From Tepidisphaera sp. (lineage in GTDB: Bacteria; Planctomycetota; Phycisphaerae; Phycisphaerales; UBA1924): a stretch of 64,000 nt of DNA. Both the position numbers and the translations under genes were made by a program. The stretch spans positions 576,001-640,000 of the forward strand of contig CP051526.1 of assembly GCA_050916045.1 (NCBI GenBank), read 5' to 3'. Every line of letters starts with the position of its first letter. Position 1 is the stretch's first letter. The notes under the pieces are model-generated. The model was not told where the DNA came from. It ran no database searches and worked only from the letters and a program-made list of their open reading frames with translations. Of this stretch, positions 48,144 to 58,508 are shown piece by piece.

Positions 48144-48677
48144 TTAGCCCGCGTCAAGGGCAGCGGATCGGACGAAATCGGAGACGGTTCGGAATCCGGC
48201 TCGCGATGCGGCTGACTCGAGGGCGAGCCGCTCTTCAATGGTCAGGCGGATGTTGACCTGTTGGTCGCGTTTGCCTTCCTTGGCCGTGCGCGGCGGCGTT
48301 TCGCCGGCTTCGAGCATGGTCGCGATCCCCGCGACGGCGGCTTCGAGGACCGCTTTCGCGCAGGACGCGATGTCGGGACCGTCGCCCATGGCCATCGGAA
48401 GTTCGAGCGTGCGGCCGAAGTAGCCAACCTCGGAATCAGGAGTCAGGACCAACTGATATTGGGATGCGAGTTCTCGAGCGAGATCGAGGATCCCGCGTGG
48501 GAAAGGGGTCTTCGCCACGGCTGGCTTTCCGCTCCTGGCGACCTTCGAGGCGTGTTCGGATTTGCGGATGGTCGGCGTCAGCGGCTCAGCCGCGATCACC
48601 CTCGGCGACGATGAGTTCTTCGCCCGCTTTGGCGAGGACTTGGTGCGAGCCCGAGAGGTGTTTGCGCGTCCAGCCAT
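48144..48677 (-). CDS. HicB-like antitoxin domain + ribbon-helix-helix domain
   Basis: YQLVLTPDSEVGYFGRTLELP...GDG...A...LE.GETPP (HicB-like) then QVNIRLT.EE...LE.AA...GFRTVSDFVR (RHH); start uncertain. Confidence 0.72.
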   Translation of the reverse strand: MAGRANTSRARTKSSPKRAKNSSSPRVIAAEPLTPTIRKSEHASKVARSGKPAVAKTPFPRGILDLARELASQYQLVLTPDSEVGYFGRTLELPMAMGDGPDIASCAKAVLEAAVAGIATMLEAGETPPRTAKEGKRDQQVNIRLTIEERLALESAASRAGFRTVSDFVRSAALDAG

Positions 48678-48758
48678 GGAAATCAGCATGCGGCACCGGC
48701 GCGGCGTCAATTCAAGGCGCTCTGGGTCAGGAGACGAGCGACTGACGAAGAGAAGGTC

Positions 48759-49748
48759 TCATATCGAGCGACGGGCCGCGACGATGTCCGTCAGCACGTC
48801 CGCCTGGTGGTCGGCGTGGTAGCTGCTTCGGACGAGCGGGCCGCTTTCGACGACCTTGAATCCGCGAGCCAGAGCTTCGGTCTTGTAGCCGGCGAACTGG
48901 TCCGGCGTGACCCAGCGCTCGATGGGGAGGTGGTTGCGGGTGGGCTGGAGGTACTGACCGATCGTGAGGATGTCGCAGGCTTCACCGGTCGCGGGGCCGG
49001 TGGTGGCCCGTGTGCCGCTGAGGACATCGTCGAGCAGGTCGAGGACTTCATCGTCGCGTTCGCCGATGCCGACCATGATGCCGGTCTTGGCGACGCCGCC
49101 CTGTTCCTTGACGCGGCGGAGGAGCTCGAGTGAGCGGTCGAACTTGGCCGACGGCCGGACGGCGGGGTACATGCGGCGGACGGTCTCGAGGTTGTGGTTG
49201 ATGATGTGGGGAGCGGCGTCGATGACCATCTGGAGCGCGGCCCAATCGCCCATGAAGTCCGGGATGAGGACCTCGATGGACATGCCCGGGCAGGCTTCCT
49301 TGGAGCGGATGATGGTCTCGGCCCAGATGCCGGCGCCGCCGTCCTTGAGCTCATCGCGGTTGACGCTGGTGATGACGATGTGCTTGAGCTTGGCGTGCTC
49401 GTACATCAAGCGGAGGGATTCGGCGACGCGGCGGGGCTCATCCTTGTCGAGGGTGGGGGGGCGGCCGGATTTGACGTTGCAGAAGCCGCAGGAGCGGGTG
49501 CAGGTGTCGCCGAGGATCATGATGGTGGCGACGCCGCGCGACCAGCATTCGCCCATGTTGGGGCACGAAGCTTCCTCGCAGACGGTGTGAAGCTTGTACT
49601 GATCCATGATCCCCTTGAGGCGGAGGTAGCCCTCGCCGCCGGGGACGCGGGCGCGTAGCCAGTCGGGCTTCTTTTTGAGCGATAGGTGCTGCTGGCCGTC
49701 CTGGTTGTTGAGGACCATGGAGGACAAGCTCAGCTTGGGGGCCGGCAT
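48759..49748 (-). CDS. lipA: Lipoyl synthase
   Basis: [46 protein letters not shown]. Confidence 0.97.
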   Translation of the reverse strand: MPAPKLSLSSMVLNNQDGQQHLSLKKKPDWLRARVPGGEGYLRLKGIMDQYKLHTVCEEASCPNMGECWSRGVATIMILGDTCTRSCGFCNVKSGRPPTLDKDEPRRVAESLRLMYEHAKLKHIVITSVNRDELKDGGAGIWAETIIRSKEACPGMSIEVLIPDFMGDWAALQMVIDAAPHIINHNLETVRRMYPAVRPSAKFDRSLELLRRVKEQGGVAKTGIMVGIGERDDEVLDLLDDVLSGTRATTGPATGEACDILTIGQYLQPTRNHLPIERWVTPDQFAGYKTEALARGFKVVESGPLVRSSYHADHQADVLTDIVAARRSI

Positions 49749-50104
49749 CGTGCGGAGGGGGTCGCCGCCGAGGGGCTTGGGGTGCCTTGAAAGGGTCCTG
49801 GCGATCGCGTCCGGGTGGGCACCCGAGGGGTGGGGTTCCTGGGGCTGGATCTGCGGGCTTGAAGGAGGGGTGGTCGCCCCGGGGGAGTCCATATGGAAGG
49901 GTAGGTGGGGCGGTCGGGTTTTCCCGTCCGAACCGGCGGCAAAGTCGGGGCGTACCCGGGAGCCGACACCGGCGGGCAGACCGGCGAAACCCCCTCGGGT
50001 GACCGAGCGGGGGTGGGTTCTGGTTTGCTAGGATAGCGAAGACCGATAAACGGGTGGTCAGGACGACCTGCCCGTACGCCCCCACCAAGACCTCGCGCTG
50101 CGCG

Positions 50105-51682
50105 ATGGTCAAGGAGATCGAAGTGCCGCACCCCGTTCCCACTCGCGACGTCCGCGCCACCACGACGCTCATCCTCTCCGCCGGGATGGCGGCATTGCTC
50201 GGGGGGTGCACGTCGCTCGACTCCTATCTTGATCCGAGCGTCGTGGGCCGCTGGGAGTACACGCCGACGACGGTGCCCGTGCTCAGCCACATCAGCTCGA
50301 TCGAGGACCGTCCGCAGGACCTGGTCGAGTTCAGCAAGGTCAGTTCCGAGGACCTGCTCCCGAATCCGTCGGACTACCGGATCGGTCCGGGCGACCGCTT
50401 GCAGGTCAAGCTTTACGACGTCATCTCGCAGGCGGAGGTCACGACGTACGAGCGGACCGTTGACATCCGCGGGCTGATCGACATCCCGCAGCTCGGCCGG
50501 TTCTACGTGAACGGCCGCAACGTGCCGCAGGTGAAAGCGATGATCGCCGAGCAGGCCAAGCAGCTCGTCGCCGATCCGACGATCGAACTGGACATCATCG
50601 AAACACGCCAGCAGACCTACAGCATCGTCGGCGGGATCGATCGCCCCGGGACGTACATCATCCCCGGGCCGGACTTCCGCATTCTCGCGGCGATCACCAG
50701 CGGCGGCCGCTTGGATTCGACGGCCAAGGACATCTACATCATCCGGTTGGTCCCGCTGGATCCGGCTTTGGACGATCCTTCGGGTGCCCCGCCGGCCGAT
50801 GCGGTGGTTCCCGGGGCGAACCCCGCCAATCCGTCGGGCACTTCGCCCGGCAAGACTGGCAACGACCTCCTGAACGAGATCGACTCCATCAGCGGCGAGA
50901 AGAAGAACGGCAACTCGCCGAGCCCGGCGGTGATCCGCGGCGCAGGCCAGCGTCAGCCCGGCGCGGGTCGCGAGCCTGTGATCGACCTGACCGATCCCGC
51001 GCCCAACGCCAAGCCGACGGCCGCCGCTCAGCCCAAAGCCGCTTCAAACGGTGCCAGCGCTCCGTGGATTTTCATCGATGGCAAGTGGCAACTCGCTCCC
51101 AAGAGCGCGTCGGGCTCCGACGCGGGCATGACGCTCCCCGGTGAGAACCGCCAGCCCCGCGAGATCGTGACGCAGCGCGTCATCCGCATCCCGCGCGATC
51201 GCCTCGAAGCCGGCGACAGCACGTACAACGTCATCATCCGCCCCGGCGACGTCATCCGCGTCCCCGAAGCGACGCAGGGCGTGTTCTACGTCGGTGGCCA
51301 GGTGCGCCGTGCCGGTTCGTACAACATTCCGCCCGAGGGCCGCATGACCATCCGCCGCGCCATCGACGCCGCCGGCGGGCTCGACGCCCTCGCGTGGCCC
51401 GAACGCGCCGAACTGGTGCGTGCGCTCGGCGAGGGCCGCCAGGCGATCGTGAGCTTCAACCTCCGGGCGATCTTCTCGGGTCACCAGCCGGACATCTATG
51501 TGAAGCCCGACGACCAGATCAACATCGGCACCAGCTTCTGGGCGACCCCGCTTGCGGTTATCCGCAACGGGTTCCGGGCGAGCTACGGATTCGGGTTCCT
51601 TTTGGATCGGAACTTCGGCAACGAGGTCTTCGGCCTACCGCCCGAGTACAAGACGCGGTCTCGGGACCCCATCAACTTCTGA
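50105..51682 (+). CDS. Polysaccharide export lipoprotein (Wza/SLBB family)
   Basis: LLGGC lipobox; DYRIGPGDRL...G.IDIPQLG; SLBB repeats (GGIDRPGTY, GQVRRAGSY, IRPGDVI). Confidence 0.88.
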   Translation: MVKEIEVPHPVPTRDVRATTTLILSAGMAALLGGCTSLDSYLDPSVVGRWEYTPTTVPVLSHISSIEDRPQDLVEFSKVSSEDLLPNPSDYRIGPGDRLQVKLYDVISQAEVTTYERTVDIRGLIDIPQLGRFYVNGRNVPQVKAMIAEQAKQLVADPTIELDIIETRQQTYSIVGGIDRPGTYIIPGPDFRILAAITSGGRLDSTAKDIYIIRLVPLDPALDDPSGAPPADAVVPGANPANPSGTSPGKTGNDLLNEIDSISGEKKNGNSPSPAVIRGAGQRQPGAGREPVIDLTDPAPNAKPTAAAQPKAASNGASAPWIFIDGKWQLAPKSASGSDAGMTLPGENRQPREIVTQRVIRIPRDRLEAGDSTYNVIIRPGDVIRVPEATQGVFYVGGQVRRAGSYNIPPEGRMTIRRAIDAAGGLDALAWPERAELVRALGEGRQAIVSFNLRAIFSGHQPDIYVKPDDQINIGTSFWATPLAVIRNGFRASYGFGFLLDRNFGNEVFGLPPEYKTRSRDPINF

Positions 51683-51982
51683 TCGCCGGGTTGAGGGTTT
51701 TGGCGTGGCGATCGGGGTATTCGCGGGATTGGCGGGTTGGTTATGGGGTTGGGGAGAAGGCCTCGGGGTGGCGGCGGCCTTGGAGGGGTCGTGTTCTATG
51801 ACGGAGGTTCGCGCCGGACCGATGGAATCGTCTGGTCCGGACGATGAATGGTGCTCGCGTCACCCGGTGTGCGAACCGGCCATGGCGCGGCGAACGTAGG
51901 AGGTACCGGTCCGCTCGGCGCAAAAACCGCGCCGAGGGCCGGTTGGCGGTGTGGACTGGGAGCAGGATCAGACGTGAGCACG

Positions 51983-53812
51983 ATGGCGGCGGACAACTCG
52001 GCACCACGATCGCAGCCCGCTTTGGGCAACGCGGTCCTGACCGCGCCGAGGATCGTCGCGCTCTCGCTTCTTCTGGTGGGGTTTGTCGCGGTGTTCTGGC
52101 GGTGGTTTGTCACCCAGCACCGGTACTCGTCCGAGTTCATCCAGGACTGGGGTCATGCCTATGTCGTTCCGCTGATCGCGGCGTACATCGTTTCGCGTCG
52201 CTGGAACGAGGTGATCCGTACGCCGGTGGCGGTTTTCTGGCCCGGGCTTCTGGCGTTCATCGCGGGGCTCTCGGCGTACTTCTTCTTCGTCGTCGGTTTC
52301 CCGAACCACATGAGCCAGGGGTTCTCGCTGGTGCTCGCGGTCTTCGGGCTGGTCCTCTTCACGATGGGCCCCGCGATGATGCGGATCCTGTTCCTGCCCA
52401 TCGCGTTCCTTCTGTTCGGGGTCACGATCTCGGACCAGATCATGATTCTGATCACGTTCAAGCTTCAGAACATCTCCGCCTGGGGCGGCTACTACTTCCT
52501 GGCGGTGCTCTCCCCGATCTTCGGATTCACGGTCTCGCTGACGGGCAACAACATCGAGATCGTGAAAAACGACGGCTCGACGATCCCGCTCGGCATCGCC
52601 GAAGCGTGCTCTGGCATGCGGATGGTTGTCGCGTTCATCGCGCTCGCGGGGGCGGTCGCCCTGCTTTCCTGCCAGCTTTGGTGGCAGCGGACGGCGGTGA
52701 TGCTTCTCGCGGTGCCGGTGGCGGTGCTGATGAATCTGGTCCGCATCGCAGTGCTGGGCCTGCTTTCGCTGATTGATCCCAAGCTCGCCACGGGCGACGC
52801 TCACATCTTCGTCGGCACCCTCCTGCTGATCCCCGCGCTCGGGCTTTTCATGGCGGCCGTCTGGTCGCTTGACAAGATCTGGATTCCGGGCGAAGCGGAG
52901 AAGCCGGAGCCGGCCCCGCGCGGTCCGGTCGTCCTCGCGGACCGTGCGGGTTGGGCGATCCTGGGCCGCAAGGGTGTGCTGGTCACGCTTCTCACCTTGA
53001 CGCTCAGCTCGGCGGCGGTCAACGCCGCGATCGTCTTCGGCGGGTTCGTGACGGTCAAGCTTCCGATCTATCCCGAGGACGGCCGGGCGCTGATGGCGAT
53101 CTCGCCGACCGCGCTGGACAGCTGGTCGGCGGTGGGCCCTGACCTTCGCGAGAACGACGAGGTCGAGAAGACCCTTGGCACGAGCAATTACCTCACGCGG
53201 CGGTACGTGAAGAACGATCCCGATCCGCGCGGCAAGCCCAAGTCGCTCCAGCTGCACTCCGCGTACTACACGGGGTCGATCGACACCGTGCCTCACGTGC
53301 CCGAGCGCTGCATGGTGGGCGCGGGGTGGCAGATCGACTCGGATCCTCGGATCCTCTCCGTCAATCTCGACCGCTCCCGCTGGGTCCCCGACCCGCGCGA
53401 TCCCGAAGCGATGAAGCTCGGCTACCTGCGGATGCGCACGGGCTCCAAGAGCGACAAGCCCGGCTGGCCGGTGAACCTGCCCAAGGGGATCGGCGACGTC
53501 CGGATGCAGGTGACGCGGTTCATCGCGCCCGACGGGACCAAGCTTTACGCGGGCTATTTCTTCGTGGCCAACGGCCAGGTCGCGACGACGGCGTTCGACG
53601 TGCGCCGCATGGCGTTCGACAAGACCGCGAAGTATGCGTATTACATGAAGATTCAGTTCTCGACCGTGGACGCGGCGAGCGAAGCGGAGTTCGTCGAGCG
53701 TTCGGCGGACCTGCTGAATGAACTTCTGCCCGAGCTGATGCGTTGTGTGCCCGACTGGCTCAAGGTCGAGCGGGGCGAGTACCCCCTCGCCGAAGCGGCG
53801 GACGGAAAGTAA
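51983..53812 (+). CDS. Exosortase (EpsH family) fused to an EpsI-like domain
   Basis: DWGHAYVVP, IAEACSGMR (Cys), NLVRI (Arg), DAHIFVG (His); C-terminal YYTG..D.VPHVPERC EpsI-like motif. Confidence 0.92.
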   Translation: MAADNSAPRSQPALGNAVLTAPRIVALSLLLVGFVAVFWRWFVTQHRYSSEFIQDWGHAYVVPLIAAYIVSRRWNEVIRTPVAVFWPGLLAFIAGLSAYFFFVVGFPNHMSQGFSLVLAVFGLVLFTMGPAMMRILFLPIAFLLFGVTISDQIMILITFKLQNISAWGGYYFLAVLSPIFGFTVSLTGNNIEIVKNDGSTIPLGIAEACSGMRMVVAFIALAGAVALLSCQLWWQRTAVMLLAVPVAVLMNLVRIAVLGLLSLIDPKLATGDAHIFVGTLLLIPALGLFMAAVWSLDKIWIPGEAEKPEPAPRGPVVLADRAGWAILGRKGVLVTLLTLTLSSAAVNAAIVFGGFVTVKLPIYPEDGRALMAISPTALDSWSAVGPDLRENDEVEKTLGTSNYLTRRYVKNDPDPRGKPKSLQLHSAYYTGSIDTVPHVPERCMVGAGWQIDSDPRILSVNLDRSRWVPDPRDPEAMKLGYLRMRTGSKSDKPGWPVNLPKGIGDVRMQVTRFIAPDGTKLYAGYFFVANGQVATTAFDVRRMAFDKTAKYAYYMKIQFSTVDAASEAEFVERSADLLNELLPELMRCVPDWLKVERGEYPLAEAADGK

Positions 53813-53858
53813 ACGAGCGAATCATCGCGCGTCTGGAGCGCGAAAAAGGAGTTGGTGA

Positions 53859-56800
53859 ATGGCGGCCTCGCGTGTGAATACGAAATTTGTGGTGATCCTG
53901 GTGGGCGCGCTGGTCACGGTCGCGATGGGCGGCGGCGGCGTGGCGTACTTCTACGTGACCAACAACGCCGGTCGCCTCGAGGAACTGGGCACCAAGGCCT
54001 ACGAGGCCGGCGACTACTCCAAGGCCGAGAAGCTCCTCTCCAAAGCCGTCAACAAGGAGCAGACCAACCCCGAGTACATCCGCAAGTGGATCGCGGCCAT
54101 GGAAAAGGTCACTCCCGAATCGGAGAACACCTTCCGCACCAAGTACGCGGACTACTACGCGGCCAATGTCGCCCTCGCCCGGCGAGCCCTCAAGACCGAC
54201 ATCGCCGCCCACCGCAACGCGCTGGAGATGGCTCACCGCGAGATCAAGGACCGCACCGGCGACACCACCGGCAACCTCGAGATGGTCCGGTCCGTCGATG
54301 AAGCCCTGGGTTTTTTCGACCCCGCCAAGCCCGGCCCCCACGACGTCCTCCGCAAGTACAGCGGCATGGCCATGCTCCGGAGCTACGAAGCCTCCGCCAA
54401 CCTGACCGAGGAAGAGATCAATCGCGCCCGCACGGACCTCGAAGCCGCCGTCGCCGCCGACCCCTCCGACGGCGAAGCCGTCACCGGCCTGGCCCGTTGG
54501 TACGACCGTCGCGCGTACAACCTCGCCAACAAGCAGGACATCACCGCCGCGACCGAAGCCCGGCAGAAAGCCCGCCAGATCCTCGCCGACTTCGTCACGA
54601 CGCATCCCGACGACGTCTACGGCCAGCTCTGGGACATGATGGTCTTCGTCACCGAGCAGGAATCCATGATCCGCGAGCTCGCGTCTGAGGAGGCACGCAT
54701 CGCCGCCGCGCGGGAAGCCGCCGCCGGCGCATCCCAGCGATTGGACAAGCTCGAAGCCGCACTCAACAAGGTCGATCCCGCCAAGGTCGACATCGCCATG
54801 GTCGGACGCCTCGCCGCCCTCGAAATGCGGTTCAGCACCACCGGCCCCACCCGCGCGTCGGCTTTGTACGAAAAGCTCTCGATCGCGCGCCCGGACGACA
54901 CCCGCGTGCTGATCTCGCAAGCCGGCCTGATGGGCGAGCGGTTCAAGGAAGCCGAAGCCCTGGTCATCCTGAAGAAGCTCGTCGAGTTGCCCCAGAAGCC
55001 CGTCAGCTTCGAAGGCATCGTGCAGTTCTCCGACAGGTTGCGGGCCAACTACCTCCGCGCCCTGTACTCGATCCGCCTCTGGGAACGCGAGCAGGAACCG
55101 GCGGCCAAGAAAGTCCTGATCGAGCAGGCCCGCGAGTTCCGTGGCAAGCTCGCCGAGTCCGTGCCCGTCGACTCCCCCGAAGTGCTCTTCATCGATGCTC
55201 ACCTTGACATCGCCAAGGAGGACTACGGCCAGGCCAGCAAGAAGCTCGCTGAGTACAACCGCAAGATGAACTCCTCGGACCCGCAGGGTCTCTGGATGTT
55301 CGCCGAGTGTGCGCTCCGGCTGAGCAACGACGGCGTCGCTGAATCCGCGCTCCGCCAGCTGATCGCCCGCGAGCCTCTGAACGGTCGCGGCTCGATGCGT
55401 CTCGCCGAGATCCTCATCCGTCAGCGTCGCGCCCAGGAAGCCATCCCGCTGCTCAAGCGAGCTCAGGAGCTCCTGCCCGCGTCCGCGACCCAGATCGCTT
55501 CGCTCGCCGAGAAGGCAGAGGCGATGGTGACCGGCGACACCACCAAGCTCGACGCGGTGTCCAAGCTTCTGCTGGACTGTGATGCGCTCGAGAACCAGGG
55601 CAAAGTTGACGAGGCTTTCGCCCTGCTCACCAAGGGCTACGAGGAGTCCAAGGACATCCGCCTTGCCCCCGCGCTCGCGTATCGCATGGACCAGCGCGGC
55701 AAGCGTGCCGAAGCTCTCGCGATCGTCGAAGCCGGCCTCGCCAAAGACGCTTCGGACCCCCGTCTCAAGCAGATGAAGGTCATGATGACGGTCTCCGATC
55801 CGATCGAGCAGCGCCTCATCATGATCGATCAGACGCAGGCGCCCGCGATCGAGAAGCTCATCGCCAAGATCCAGGTCCTTCGTTCCAACAACCTTCGTGA
55901 GCGTGCGGATCAGTTCCTCAAGGAAGCCCTCGCGATCGACCCCAACAACGCCGCGGCGATCGAGATCCAGTTCATGTCCGCTCTGGACGACAAGGACTTC
56001 GCCGCAGCCGGTCGCTTCGAAGCCGAAGCTTCGCGCCGCGACATCGACCTGATCCAGGGCGCGACGTTCAAAGCCCGCCTGCTCGACGCGCAGGGCAAGC
56101 TCGCCGACGCCGTCCGCGTCCTCGAAGCCGAACAGACCAAGCCGACCTTCGGGCCTCCCGCGGCCCGCATGCTTGCCCAGATGTACGTCCGCCAGCGCCG
56201 CATTCCCGAAGCCATCGAGATGCTCCGCGGCGCGATCGCCAAGAAGCCCGCCGACCGCGACTCGCTTCTCGCTCTGGCGATGCTCCTGGTCCGCTCGGAC
56301 CAGGGCCGCGAAGCTCTCAACGAGCTTCGCTCCAAGCAGCAGATCCACGTCAGCGACGCCGAGATCCAGGACCTCTGGCTCCAGCTCGAAGCCCGTTACG
56401 GCGAGAAGGAGCTCGCGCTCTCCAACCGCCGCAAGCAGCTTGAGCTTCGCCCCAGCGACCGCCCGACGCAGATGGCCATCGCCCAGCTTCTCGTCGACAT
56501 GCGCCAGTTCCCGGGCGCGATGGACATGATCAACCAGGTCAAGAAGACCGGCGGCAAAGACGAGGTCGTCGGACTCGAAGCCCAGTGGTACGCCGATCAG
56601 GGCAACCTCTCGGGTGCCAAGAAGGTCTTCGACGACTACATCGCGTCCGTCGAGCCCTCCAAGCTCACGCCCGAGATGTTCCTCGGCAAGGGCCGGTTCA
56701 TGGAACGCCTCAACCAGATCAACGACGCGGAAGCCGCGTACAAGGAAGCCGCCAAGTACCAGTCCGCCAAGACGCTCGACGCCGATCGCGCCCTGGCCGA

Positions 56801-58439
56801 CCTCTACATGAACCAGAACGGCGTCGCCGAAGCCCGCGCTCTGTATCAGAAGATCGTCGACTCCGGCGCCGACACCGCCGAGAAGCTGTACGCCCGCAAG
56901 CTCGTGGACACCCAGCTCCGTCTCGCCGACGGCGCCGGCGCCCTCAAGACCCTCGCCGCCATGGGCGAGGTCGTCACCAACGACCCCCAGCTCATGCTCC
57001 AGCAGGCCGAGGGCGTCCGCCTCACCGGCGATGAAAAGAAGTCCGCCGAGCTCGTCGAAGCCGCCGTCGCCAAGTTCCCCAACGAGCCCTTTGTCTACTA
57101 CCGCCGTGCCGTGATGAACCTCAAGTTCACCGAGCTCCGCGACGAGGTCCGCCGCGACTTCCTGAAATCCATCGAGATCCGCCCGACCTTCTGGCAGGCC
57201 CGGCGCGACCTCGCCCGCATGTACAACCAGGACGGCGACTTCCAGTCCGCGCTCAACCAGATGCGCGAAGCCGTCAAGTTTAACCCGATGATCGACGAGC
57301 TCCGCGTCACCCTCGTCCGCGACCTGCTCGCCCAGCAGCGCGACATGGACGCCGCCAACGTCATCGAAGCCGTCATCGAACGCCGGCCCGACGACGTCGG
57401 ACTGCTGCTCAACTCCGGCGACCTCTTCCGCGAAGCCGGTCTCAGCGAACGCGCCCTGGATTACTACAAGCGCGCCTTTGAGATCAGCAAGCAGCTCGCG
57501 GTCGTCACCCGCTACCTCGACCTGCTACACGCCAAGACCCCCGAGCCCGATCTGATCGAAGCCGACCGCGTCCTCGCGGCCGTCAAGGACATGCAGGACA
57601 CCGAACCGCCGCTGCTCATGGCCCGCGCCAAGCAGCTCATCATGCGCAAGAAGGTCAAGGAAGGCATCAGCGACATCGTCTCCTCGATCCGCCGCATCCG
57701 CCCCGACCAGCCCGGCATGATCATGGCCTGGTTCGGCGACATCAAGCGCATGCTCAAGGACCCCAAGGATGTCACCCTCATCCTCGACACCGTCGACAAG
57801 GAAAAGCTCATCCCCGGCTGGACTTCGTACTTCAAAGCCGGCACGCTGATGGAAAAGGAAGAGACCCGCGCCGAAGCGACGGCGATGTTCGAGAAGATGA
57901 TGGTCGAGATCAAGGACCCCGTCCTCCTCCGGCAGGTCGCCCTTGCTCTCCAGGCCCGGTACTACCAGGCCAACGACTGTGAGAACGGCCTCCGCGTCAT
58001 GCGGCAGTCCGTCGAGTGGTTCCCCAACGACGCCTACGTCCTCAACAACCTCGCGTACATGATGGTTAGGTGCGGGGATGATCCGGCCAAAGCCGTCCCG
58101 ATCGCCGAGCGCGCCATCCAGGCGATGCTCAACGTCGGCCGGTCCTCCGCCGACATCTACGACACCATGGGCATGGTCTACGTCCGGGCCGGCATGCTCG
58201 ACAAGGCGATGCTCCCGCTCCAGGCGGCCCTCGCCGAGGTCGGGAACTCCCCCGTCCGCGCGACCGTCCTGATGCACATCGCCGAGTACCACGTCGCTCG
58301 CGGCAACCGCAAGCTCGCCGAAGAGTGCCTCGCGGAAGCCGAGAAGATCATGATCGCCGCCCCCAACGCCTCGGCGGGCGCGGGTCATGCTGAACTCTTC
58401 AAGCTGGTCAAGGACAAACTCGACAAGATGCCCAAGTAA
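53859..58439 (+). CDS. Very large TPR protein with N-terminal membrane anchor (PrsT-like context)
   Basis: N-terminal TM; many TPRs; terminal LNNLAY...DTMG.VY motif; follows the exosortase. Confidence 0.85.
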   Translation: MAASRVNTKFVVILVGALVTVAMGGGGVAYFYVTNNAGRLEELGTKAYEAGDYSKAEKLLSKAVNKEQTNPEYIRKWIAAMEKVTPESENTFRTKYADYYAANVALARRALKTDIAAHRNALEMAHREIKDRTGDTTGNLEMVRSVDEALGFFDPAKPGPHDVLRKYSGMAMLRSYEASANLTEEEINRARTDLEAAVAADPSDGEAVTGLARWYDRRAYNLANKQDITAATEARQKARQILADFVTTHPDDVYGQLWDMMVFVTEQESMIRELASEEARIAAAREAAAGASQRLDKLEAALNKVDPAKVDIAMVGRLAALEMRFSTTGPTRASALYEKLSIARPDDTRVLISQAGLMGERFKEAEALVILKKLVELPQKPVSFEGIVQFSDRLRANYLRALYSIRLWEREQEPAAKKVLIEQAREFRGKLAESVPVDSPEVLFIDAHLDIAKEDYGQASKKLAEYNRKMNSSDPQGLWMFAECALRLSNDGVAESALRQLIAREPLNGRGSMRLAEILIRQRRAQEAIPLLKRAQELLPASATQIASLAEKAEAMVTGDTTKLDAVSKLLLDCDALENQGKVDEAFALLTKGYEESKDIRLAPALAYRMDQRGKRAEALAIVEAGLAKDASDPRLKQMKVMMTVSDPIEQRLIMIDQTQAPAIEKLIAKIQVLRSNNLRERADQFLKEALAIDPNNAAAIEIQFMSALDDKDFAAAGRFEAEASRRDIDLIQGATFKARLLDAQGKLADAVRVLEAEQTKPTFGPPAARMLAQMYVRQRRIPEAIEMLRGAIAKKPADRDSLLALAMLLVRSDQGREALNELRSKQQIHVSDAEIQDLWLQLEARYGEKELALSNRRKQLELRPSDRPTQMAIAQLLVDMRQFPGAMDMINQVKKTGGKDEVVGLEAQWYADQGNLSGAKKVFDDYIASVEPSKLTPEMFLGKGRFMERLNQINDAEAAYKEAAKYQSAKTLDADRALADLYMNQNGVAEARALYQKIVDSGADTAEKLYARKLVDTQLRLADGAGALKTLAAMGEVVTNDPQLMLQQAEGVRLTGDEKKSAELVEAAVAKFPNEPFVYYRRAVMNLKFTELRDEVRRDFLKSIEIRPTFWQARRDLARMYNQDGDFQSALNQMREAVKFNPMIDELRVTLVRDLLAQQRDMDAANVIEAVIERRPDDVGLLLNSGDLFREAGLSERALDYYKRAFEISKQLAVVTRYLDLLHAKTPEPDLIEADRVLAAVKDMQDTEPPLLMARAKQLIMRKKVKEGISDIVSSIRRIRPDQPGMIMAWFGDIKRMLKDPKDVTLILDTVDKEKLIPGWTSYFKAGTLMEKEETRAEATAMFEKMMVEIKDPVLLRQVALALQARYYQANDCENGLRVMRQSVEWFPNDAYVLNNLAYMMVRCGDDPAKAVPIAERAIQAMLNVGRSSADIYDTMGMVYVRAGMLDKAMLPLQAALAEVGNSPVRATVLMHIAEYHVARGNRKLAEECLAEAEKIMIAAPNASAGAGHAELFKLVKDKLDKMPK

Positions 58440-58508
58440 CATCGACGGGCGCACCACGCCCGAGCGGGGGTTGGAGGCGGGGCGACAAGCCCCCGGAAGG
58501 AAAGACCT

